This document shows, piece by piece, positions 8,379 through 15,594 of a DNA stretch of 32,000 nt (position 1 is the stretch's first letter; every line of letters starts with the position of its first letter). The notes beneath the pieces are model-generated. The model was not told where the DNA came from. It made no database searches and worked only from the letters and a program-made list of their open reading frames with translations. The stretch lies in assembly GCA_050251055.1 (NCBI GenBank), contig JBFWNL010000002.1:223814-255813 (forward strand), in the 5' to 3' direction. Made by a program: the position numbers and the translations under genes. The DNA comes from Bacteriovoracia bacterium (lineage in GTDB: Bacteria; Bdellovibrionota; UBA1018; JBFWNL01).

Positions 8379-10258
8379 AGAATCACACCCACGCTTTACG
8401 CGCGTTATGCCTGAGCCTGGCCTTAGCTGCAGCCGGTAGTAGCTGCGCATGGCTACGCGGAAAATCCACGACCGCCGTCGCGCCCACACCCGCGACGAAT
8501 GGTGTGATCGCGGGCACGCTGCTGATTCAGCTAAAATCGGATGATCAGCTTCCGGAACTCCGCCGGCGATACGCGGTCAGCGAAGTGGACCGCGAAACCC
8601 GCGTCTATCGGTTAAAGGATGCGAGCTTCGGTGGCCGCGAGCGAGAAGCCGCGAGCGAACTCCAACGGGGGAATCAGTTTGAAATCGTGGAGCCGGAATG
8701 GGAAGTCCGGTCGTCGGCCTCGCCGAGGGATCCTTTGTGGGGTTCGCTCTGGGGTTTACGCAATCTCGGCCAAGACGCTCCGAATGGAATCGAGGGTAAG
8801 CCGGGCGCGGATATTGGCGCGCTCGAGGCCTGGAAAATCACCCAAGGCAGCCGCGACATCTTGGTCGCGGTTGTGGATAGCGGCGTGGACTATACCCACC
8901 CCGATCTAAAGGACAATATTTGGGTTAACGAAAAGGAAGCAAACGGGACGCCCGGAGTCGATGACGATGGCAACGGATACGTGGATGACATTTACGGCTG
9001 GAACTTCGTCAGCGGCACCCAATCCTCGCTCGCCCACGGAAATTTGGGCTCGGCAGATCCGATGGACGACAATGGCCACGGTACGCACGTAGCCGGTACG
9101 ATCGGCGCCTCCGGCAACAACGGCGTGGGCGTCACCGGTGTAAACTGGAAGGTAAAAATCATAGCGCTAAAGTTTCTTTCCTCCGCCGGCTCGGGTGGAA
9201 CGGGTGACGAGTACCGCGCCATCCGTTACGCGATCAAGCAAGGCGTGGACGTCATCAACGCGAGCTACGGTGGTGGAGGGAAGTCAAAACTGATTGAAGC
9301 CACGATCCGTGAAGCGGGCCGCGCCGGCTTGCTCTTCGTGGCCGCGGCCGGTAACGATTCAGAGAATAACGACACGACCAATAGTTTCCCGGCCAACTAC
9401 CCGCTCGAGAACATACTCTCCGTAGCCGCGACCGACAATCTCGACCAGCTCGCCAGCTTCAGCAATTTCGGCTACGAAAAAGTCCACCTCGCCGCCCCGG
9501 GCGTCGCCGTGCTCAGCACCTATCCGCTCGCGCTTGACGCCAAAGAAGGCGCCGGCGGTTACCCGTATCGGGCGTTCTCGGGTACGTCCATGGCCACCCC
9601 CCACGTCGTCGGTGCCGCCGCCCTGACCTTGGCGGCGCGGCCCGAACTACGCAAGCAACCCGCCGCCCTCAAGAAAGCACTCCTGGAAAGCTCGGAGTGG
9701 CTGCCCCAGCTCGCCGGAAAAGTATCGAGCGGCGGCCGACTGAATCTCGCCCGGGCCGTTCGCGGCCAGAAGGGTTCCGCGCCGGCCATGGCTGGCGGCT
9801 GGGTGGAGGAAGCCATCGACTTCCGCACTCCCCGGTACCCCACGGAGGCGATCAACCAAGCGTGGGCGTTTAAGAAGGCGGGTGCCCAGGCCATACAGCT
9901 GCACGTGCAGTCGGCCGTAATCGACCGCCCGAACGACGCGGCCATCCTATTCGATTCGCTATACCGGCCCATCCTCGAGCTGCCGGCGGATAGTTTCGAT
10001 CAGTGGTTGCCCGCGGTCGTGGGCGATACCGCTTACCTCAAGTTCAGCAACGGTTTGGTCGCCATCCAGAAATACCTGGGCAGCAAGCGGGTCAAGGATA
10101 TGGCCGAGGTACCGGATGCCCTCGTCTGTCAACGCGTGTCGGGATCCGAGTTATTAGATTGCTACATCTGGGACAAGCCTGGGCCGACGTTTCCGAACTT
10201 CGACTCCGAAAGCATCGTAATCGACAAGATTCGTTACCTTCCCGGAAAGGCGGAATAG
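8375..10258 (+). CDS. Subtilisin-like serine protease, peptidase S8 family (627 aa), catalytic triad intact
   Basis: A signal peptide and a propeptide-like N-region are present. Catalytic blocks are VAVVDSGVDYTHPDL (Asp), NGHGTHVAGTIGA (His), AAAGND (oxyanion Asn) and FSGTSMATPHVVGAAAL (Ser). A roughly 170-aa C-terminal extension is of unrecognised type. Confidence 0.95.
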   Translation: MKNHTHALRALCLSLALAAAGSSCAWLRGKSTTAVAPTPATNGVIAGTLLIQLKSDDQLPELRRRYAVSEVDRETRVYRLKDASFGGREREAASELQRGNQFEIVEPEWEVRSSASPRDPLWGSLWGLRNLGQDAPNGIEGKPGADIGALEAWKITQGSRDILVAVVDSGVDYTHPDLKDNIWVNEKEANGTPGVDDDGNGYVDDIYGWNFVSGTQSSLAHGNLGSADPMDDNGHGTHVAGTIGASGNNGVGVTGVNWKVKIIALKFLSSAGSGGTGDEYRAIRYAIKQGVDVINASYGGGGKSKLIEATIREAGRAGLLFVAAAGNDSENNDTTNSFPANYPLENILSVAATDNLDQLASFSNFGYEKVHLAAPGVAVLSTYPLALDAKEGAGGYPYRAFSGTSMATPHVVGAAALTLAARPELRKQPAALKKALLESSEWLPQLAGKVSSGGRLNLARAVRGQKGSAPAMAGGWVEEAIDFRTPRYPTEAINQAWAFKKAGAQAIQLHVQSAVIDRPNDAAILFDSLYRPILELPADSFDQWLPAVVGDTAYLKFSNGLVAIQKYLGSKRVKDMAEVPDALVCQRVSGSELLDCYIWDKPGPTFPNFDSESIVIDKIRYLPGKAE

Positions 10259-10260
10259 CC

Positions 10261-11418
10261 ATGTTGACCCACGTTCTCAACCGCAAACAAGTACGCGCCA
10301 TCGTCGGAGCCTTAGTACCGGTATTCATGTCCGGATGCTTCTCGGACTGCAAAATGCTCATCCAGCCGCCGAACAAATCCTTCTACCCGATGGTGGAGTC
10401 GGTACCGGCGCCGGTGGGCCAAGGAGATCCGCTCGCCAGCGAGCAGTGGAGCATCGCCAAGCTCGGCCTCACTCAAGCATGGACCCAAAGCCAAGGATCT
10501 CATCGGATCCGCGTGGCGCTGATCGGCACTGGAGTGGATTACAATCATCCCGATCTACGGGCAAACATTGCGATCAACTCGGAGGAAGCCGTCCTGCGGA
10601 AACCGGGCGTGATCACGCCGGCGGACGGGATCGACAACGATGGCAACGGATATATCGACGACGTGGTCGGCTACGATGTGGTCGATGACCATGGATTTCC
10701 CTACGACAGTCTCGGCACCGGCACCGCCGCCGCGGGCGTCATCGCGGCTGTTCATGGCAATGGTCTCGGCATCCGAGGCATCGCCCCCAAAGTCTCGCTG
10801 ATCCCCGTCCGCTACATCGGCCCCAATGGCCAAACGAAGGTTCCGAACCTCGTACGCGCCTTGAACTACGCGCACGCGGTACGTCCCGACGTGGTCTACC
10901 TGCACGTAGCCAATATCCAATGGAGCGAAGAAAAAGAGGCCGTCGTGAAGACTGAACAAGCCGCGCTTAAGGCCGCGCTCACCCAGCTTCGTACGATCAA
11001 CGTCCCGGTCGTGGTAAGCGCCGGCAACTCGGGCGTCGACCTTGGAAAATTCAGGACCTTGATCCGGGAGTTCGCCGAGTTCGACAACGTGGTCGTGGTC
11101 ACCTCGGTCGGCGAAACCGACGGGAAGCCCACCATCGCTAACTTCGGACAGAGCGTGCATTTGGCCGCACCGGGCGAACAAGTGATCACCACCCTACCCG
11201 GTGGTGCATACGGTAAACAAAGCGGCACCTCGATCGCGGCCGCCCACGTAGCGGGCACCCTTGCGCTAGCTTTGGCGGATCACCATGGCCAGTACACGAC
11301 CCAGCAGCTGCTCCAGAAGCTAACGAGCGAAGCCGGAGCCGATTCCGTGGCGGGGCTCGAAGGCCTCACCCTAGGCGGGGCTCGACTGAACGTAGCGAAG
11401 TTTCTCGGGGCGCTCTAG
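10261..11418 (+). CDS. Degenerate subtilase (S8) homolog, probable pseudo-protease lipoprotein (385 aa)
   Basis: ATG 10261 is 2 nt after the upstream stop, with a lipobox-like FMSG|C. The subtilase scaffold is retained (GVDYNHPDL, VVSAGNSG, QSGTSIAAAHVAGTLAL). The Asp block instead reads VALIGTGVD (Gly89, codon 10525-10527). The His block reads DSLGTGTAAAG (Thr153, codon 10717-10719). Confidence 0.9.
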   Translation: MLTHVLNRKQVRAIVGALVPVFMSGCFSDCKMLIQPPNKSFYPMVESVPAPVGQGDPLASEQWSIAKLGLTQAWTQSQGSHRIRVALIGTGVDYNHPDLRANIAINSEEAVLRKPGVITPADGIDNDGNGYIDDVVGYDVVDDHGFPYDSLGTGTAAAGVIAAVHGNGLGIRGIAPKVSLIPVRYIGPNGQTKVPNLVRALNYAHAVRPDVVYLHVANIQWSEEKEAVVKTEQAALKAALTQLRTINVPVVVSAGNSGVDLGKFRTLIREFAEFDNVVVVTSVGETDGKPTIANFGQSVHLAAPGEQVITTLPGGAYGKQSGTSIAAAHVAGTLALALADHHGQYTTQQLLQKLTSEAGADSVAGLEGLTLGGARLNVAKFLGAL

Positions 11419-11449
11419 GCGGAAGCGGATCGGGCGAGCACTCGCTCGA

Positions 11450-12136
11450 CTATTCCAGCACCCACGTAAGACGCACGAGGGTGATCTGTGGAGTCACTAG
11501 CCGCGCTAGCCGACCCATCGATTCGGCCGAATCCGTGTATAGGTCCGCCGAGTTGTCGGAGTTAGCGCCCGTAGCGCTATCTTCCAGGTAAAGGCTCCCG
11601 GAAGCCACGAGCGGGATCTGCGCGCCCAAATCGAATCCCAGATAGAGCCTCTCTCCGACCTTAAAGCTCCCACCAACGGCGAGCGTGAACACCAAGCTCT
11701 TGAGATTGATCGAACCGCTCGTCGCCAAGGGCTGATCGTCGATCTTAAAGGAAGAAACGTCGGCCGAAAGCGCAAAAAAACGATAACCTAGCGACGCACT
11801 CGTAAAAAACCAGTCTTGCCAAGGAAAGTAACGAACGCCGGCATGGAGGGAAAATGCCCGTACGGATTTCGATCCCAATGGGATGTATGCAAATCCGGTC
11901 TCGGCGTAAGGGCGCCAAGGCTGCAAAGGACGCCAAAGCTCGATGCCGACGATCAAGGGCTGGGGTAAGTTTACTCCCGCCACCGGCGAATACCGCCAAT
12001 GTTCGGCGTGGCCCACCGGCGCGGCCTCGGCGATCGCGGCGGGAGGCGACTCTTCCCCGCCCGCGGCCCCAGGCATCACCATGGCACCTACGATAAGGGC
12101 TAAGATTGCGACACGGCTAAGGGGCGAGGTACACAT
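11450..12136 (-). CDS. Small outer-membrane beta-barrel-like protein (228 aa)
   Basis: Internal ATG 12136 gives the signal-like MCTSPLSRVAILALIVGAMVMPGAAG. The body has alternating aromatic and Gly-rich strand patterns (FAYIPLG, SLHAGVRYF, FTSASLGYRFFAL, LVFTLAVGGSFKV, LYLGFDLGAQIPL). It overlaps the upstream gene's end by 20 nt. Confidence 0.6.
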   Translation of the reverse strand: MCTSPLSRVAILALIVGAMVMPGAAGGEESPPAAIAEAAPVGHAEHWRYSPVAGVNLPQPLIVGIELWRPLQPWRPYAETGFAYIPLGSKSVRAFSLHAGVRYFPWQDWFFTSASLGYRFFALSADVSSFKIDDQPLATSGSINLKSLVFTLAVGGSFKVGERLYLGFDLGAQIPLVASGSLYLEDSATGANSDNSADLYTDSAESMGRLARLVTPQITLVRLTWVLE

Positions 12137-13538
12137 GGTTGGATACAATCCAGCGGAATTCGCGCTCGGCCTGATCCGGCGCCTCGATGAACTTGGCGAG
12201 CTGCCTCGGACGGATGAAGATCTCCACCCGATAGGCGCCCGCCGTGGAAGTCGTATAGGAAATATTTCCGCCGACGCCGAAACCACTCGAGCGCGCGACC
12301 ACCTCGTCGGCACCGTTGGCGAGCACCCGCTTTAGCTCGGTACGCACCTCCGGATCCACGCCCATACCCGCTCCGGGGCTACTGGTATGCAGGGTCGGCG
12401 TCGTCACCGTGAAAGTCGCGGAGTTCGCGCCCAAGGTACCCGTCTCGCCCATGCCGTAAGTCGTCCCGCCCGTCACCGCGTAAAAATCGAGTCCCACGGG
12501 GGATCCAAAGCCTTCAAATACCAACCAGCTACGACCCGTGCGCAGTGCCTGCTTTACCTCCGGTACGGTCGCGGCCCCCACCACGACGTGGTTGGACATG
12601 AAGCGAGTCAAGCGGCGATGCGACTCCAGCCGCTCGCCATCGGCCGCTTTCTGGGGAAAAATATTCTCGTGCGAATCGCTCCCGCCCACGCCCGTCAGCT
12701 TCAAGCCGCCGTGAATGAGCTCGTTCCATCGCGTGAAATAAATCGCGGGCGTTTCCACGAACTTCATGAACAAGAAATCCGCGTTGAGCGATTTATAGGG
12801 ATCAAAGAGATATCCCAGGATCTTGGACATGTGCTCGAAAGGAGGCAGGCCAAGATCTTTCTTACGGATCTTGGGGTCCAGGTTCGCGTGCACGTTATAA
12901 ATCTCGATCCCGTGTGGATTCACCGTTTGAATCGTCGAGACGGTGCGGCTCTCCGTATGCGGGACCATCACCACCGCTTCGGAGGTATTCACTAGGTCGT
13001 CACGCAGCGCCTGCGTCTCAGCATTGTAGGCTTCCTCGCGCTGAGCGGCCGTGCCGGAAAGGTGCTTCACCATGCCCATGGCCAGCAACCGCCCTTCGAT
13101 TCCCACGGTCAGGTACGGACGAAAGCCATTGGCGCATCCGGCGAGGCGATTCGCATAGGTGTTCGCCGCCCCGTCGACCAACAACTCATCGCCCGATGCC
13201 TGGAGCAACAGGCTGGCAAACTCGTAGGCGGCCATATGCGCCGGATGATCCGTGGCCAGGGCCACATCGATCCGGTTCTTACAAAGGGCTTCTCGTAGGT
13301 GAGTCAGGCATTCGACGCTCGGTACCCCATCGGTGAGCCCGACCTTGTCGCACGCGTCGTTGGAGTAAGGCGTGTGTAAATGGGTGATCACGCGGGCGAT
13401 GCGCTGGCCACGCGGCGAACCCAGCTCGGCGGCGTCTGGCAGTTCACTCGGATAGGTCGGACGCGTGCAACCCAAGGCAAAGCTGGCCAGCCCCAAAGCC
13501 GCCAAGAGCGAGGTTTTACGGATTGCCGAAACCGTCAT
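12117..13538 (-). CDS. PHP-domain (polymerase/histidinol-phosphatase-type) metal-dependent phosphoesterase lipoprotein (473 aa)
   Basis: ATG 13538 overlaps the stop of the upstream permease gene (ATGA at 13535-13538). The lipobox is FALG|C. PHP-like motifs are VITHLHTPYSND (HxH), VALATDHPAHM, VMVPHTE and GVGGSDSHEN (GSDxH). Confidence 0.75.
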   Translation of the reverse strand: MTVSAIRKTSLLAALGLASFALGCTRPTYPSELPDAAELGSPRGQRIARVITHLHTPYSNDACDKVGLTDGVPSVECLTHLREALCKNRIDVALATDHPAHMAAYEFASLLLQASGDELLVDGAANTYANRLAGCANGFRPYLTVGIEGRLLAMGMVKHLSGTAAQREEAYNAETQALRDDLVNTSEAVVMVPHTESRTVSTIQTVNPHGIEIYNVHANLDPKIRKKDLGLPPFEHMSKILGYLFDPYKSLNADFLFMKFVETPAIYFTRWNELIHGGLKLTGVGGSDSHENIFPQKAADGERLESHRRLTRFMSNHVVVGAATVPEVKQALRTGRSWLVFEGFGSPVGLDFYAVTGGTTYGMGETGTLGANSATFTVTTPTLHTSSPGAGMGVDPEVRTELKRVLANGADEVVARSSGFGVGGNISYTTSTAGAYRVEIFIRPRQLAKFIEAPDQAEREFRWIVSNHVYLAP

Positions 13539-14614
13539 TTCTGCACATTGCGCCAAAGCACGGCCGCCATCAAGCCCGTAATGACATTGGGAATTTGTAG
13601 GGCTAACCATACGGGGAGGCTGCCTTTTTGGGCCATCCCGATCGATACGACAAGCGTCTCCCAGTAGATCAGACAAACCACGAGGCTAAAGATCGTGCCG
13701 ACCTGCTTAGAGGACCGCACTCGCACCGTGCCGAGGCCAATCCCCAGAAAACAAAAGATCAGGGGGGAGAAGGAAGTGGAAACACGTTTCCAAAACTCCG
13801 TCACATAGTCACGCCGATCCATGCGCTCCAATAAGGTCTTAAGGGAGGCCGTGCGTGGAATGTCAGGGGTGGCAATCTCGCTAGAACTCAGCTCCATAAA
13901 TACGGAGTACTCGCTGAAGTCCATCCGCGAGGAGTTCTCGCTCCCCTCCCCAATCTGGTAGATGTTGCCCCGATACAGCTTCAACAGCGCCTGGTGGTTG
14001 AGCCCGTTATCCGAGATCGTCGACTGCATGTTGCCTCTTGGCGCCACCACTACAAACGGGTTTTTAGGGTCTCGGTCATCGAAGATGAAGACGCGATCCA
14101 GCGCCCGCGTGGTGGGATGCACCTTCTCGGTGAAGATCAGCATTCCGAAGAAATCCTTATTGAATGTGCCAGGCTGGATGGAACCGGCGATCTTACGGGC
14201 TTCGGCTTCGAAAATCGATTTCGTGAGCACCCGCTCTCCCAAAGGCGCGAGCTCCATGCCGATAATGAAAGCCGCCATCGAGAATGCCGAACCGATGAAA
14301 ATCACGGGGCTGGCCACTTGCCAGGGGCTTAGGCCGCACGCCCGCATGGCGCCGATCTCCTGCTCCGTGGAAAGCCGGCCGAACGCCACGATCACCGAAA
14401 GCAGGAACGCGACCGGTAGCACGAGACTGGAAAAGGAGATCAACAGACAGAACGCGATCTTCGCCACGATTTTAAGTGGCACTTGGTGCACGATGAGAAA
14501 ATTAGAGAGTCTCAGGCTTTGAAAAACGAAGAAGGTAAAAAAAATGATCAACGCCGACGGAACGAAGAACTGGATCACTTCGGACAGGATGTAGGTTTGG
14601 TAGCGCTTGATCAA
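13535..14614 (-). CDS. LptF/LptG-family (YjgP/YjgQ) permease (359 aa)
   Basis: The N-terminus MIKRYQTYILSEVIQFFVPSALIIFFTFFVFQS and the block GRLSTEQEIGAMRACGLSP parallel E. coli LptF (LYTESEITVMHACGLS). The layout is three TM segments, a periplasmic beta-rich insert, then three more TM segments. Confidence 0.9.
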   Translation of the reverse strand: MIKRYQTYILSEVIQFFVPSALIIFFTFFVFQSLRLSNFLIVHQVPLKIVAKIAFCLLISFSSLVLPVAFLLSVIVAFGRLSTEQEIGAMRACGLSPWQVASPVIFIGSAFSMAAFIIGMELAPLGERVLTKSIFEAEARKIAGSIQPGTFNKDFFGMLIFTEKVHPTTRALDRVFIFDDRDPKNPFVVVAPRGNMQSTISDNGLNHQALLKLYRGNIYQIGEGSENSSRMDFSEYSVFMELSSSEIATPDIPRTASLKTLLERMDRRDYVTEFWKRVSTSFSPLIFCFLGIGLGTVRVRSSKQVGTIFSLVVCLIYWETLVVSIGMAQKGSLPVWLALQIPNVITGLMAAVLWRNVQK

Positions 14615-14864
14615 TCAGCGAAAGTTTAACGTCCCGATGCTTTCAGTAGCAAACTGATTCCGATCCAGAGCGAAACGGCCCCGACCGAATTCTTCCGGGC
14701 CGAGCCCGCCCCAGCGCAGGCGCGCCGCATCATTCACTTGATCCGCCGAATTTCACGATGCTTTTACCGGTTTGCCGTGCTTGGCACCTGGATTGCTCCA
14801 CTCCCCTGCCAACGCGGTCTCGGAGAGTTCCTCCGGACCACCACTTGAGAGGGGATCTATCCAA

Positions 14865-15509
14865 ATGAAAACGAATCGAACGAACTGGCTTCGGAATGTC
14901 CACGTGTATCTATTTGGCCTAATCACCGGCGTCGCCGCCCTATCCGGGCAAAGCGGAATCGCGGCGGCCGACGACATCTACCTGGGGCTACCCGGCTATG
15001 GAGGTTCGGGATGTCCCCAAGGGTCGGCCTCGGCCACGCTCAGCCCCGATGCAAAAACGCTTAGTATCTTGTTTGACCAATATGTTGTCGAAGCGGGCCG
15101 GGGTACCGGGCGATCTTCGGCCCGTAAAACTTGCAACATCGCGATCCCTGTACACGTACCTCAAGGATTGAGCGTGAGCCTCATCGGGATCGACTACCGC
15201 GGGTTTAACGTGCTCCCGCGCGGATCATCGGCGCAGTTCGACGTCGATTACTTCTTCGCCGGTAGCGTCGGTCCCCGCGATCGCCGCCAGTTCGTCGGTC
15301 CCGTGGAAGACGATTATCTGATCACGAATAACCTCGCCGTCGGAGCGATCGCTTGGTCGCCTTGCGGCGCAGACGTCAATCTGCGCATCAACACGGGTCT
15401 ATTGGTACGGGCGGCCGGCACGAACGGCGCCCTGGCTTCCAGCTCCGTGGATAGCGCAGACGTCCAGGCGGGCCTGATCTACCACCTGCAATGGAGACAG
15501 TGCCGATAA
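14865..15509 (+). CDS. Secreted DUF4360-like protein (214 aa)
   Basis: Internal ATG 14865 follows GAGAGGGG. The signal peptide is MKTNRTNWLRNVHVYLFGLITGVAALSG. GYGGSGCPQGSASATLSPDAKTLSILFDQY...KTCNIAI...IDYRGF resembles what I recall of DUF4360; this is a memory-based assignment. Confidence 0.65.
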   Translation: MKTNRTNWLRNVHVYLFGLITGVAALSGQSGIAAADDIYLGLPGYGGSGCPQGSASATLSPDAKTLSILFDQYVVEAGRGTGRSSARKTCNIAIPVHVPQGLSVSLIGIDYRGFNVLPRGSSAQFDVDYFFAGSVGPRDRRQFVGPVEDDYLITNNLAVGAIAWSPCGADVNLRINTGLLVRAAGTNGALASSSVDSADVQAGLIYHLQWRQCR

Positions 15510-15538
15510 CTCACTTTAGACCATGATGAACGAGGTAC

Positions 15539-15567
15539 CGGCCGGCTCGGAGTTTCCGAGTCGGCCG
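15539..15567. terminator. Strong GC hairpin between convergent genes (bidirectional terminator candidate)
   Basis: CGGCCGGCTCGGA-GTT-TCCGAGTCGGCCG forms a 13-bp stem with one G-T (G-U) position and a 3-nt loop. It lies in the 85-nt gap between the stops at 15509 (+) and 15595 (-). No clear U-tract follows. Confidence 0.45.
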
Positions 15568-15594
15568 TGCCCATTTCCATGATTAGAGCGGCGA

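Noticed and set aside
10003-10260. N-terminal 86-aa extension of the ORF-track entry 10003..11418
   Set aside because: It overlaps the 3' end of the upstream S8 gene in another frame and is Arg/Gly-rich. ATG 10261 gives a proper lipoprotein signal immediately after the upstream stop.
13539-13676. Upstream extension of the PHP lipoprotein ORF; the same applies to 12137-12313, 26813-27064 and 28191-28238 for their genes
   Set aside because: Each extension overlaps the neighbouring gene and lacks an export signal. The internal starts give signal peptides and ATGA/TTGA-type coupling.
14679-14702. GGCCCG-N12-CGGGCC inverted repeat containing GAATTC upstream of the permease gene
   Set aside because: The stem is short, GC-rich and carries a large loop, so it is easily a chance event in GC-rich DNA. 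No positional logic supports it.
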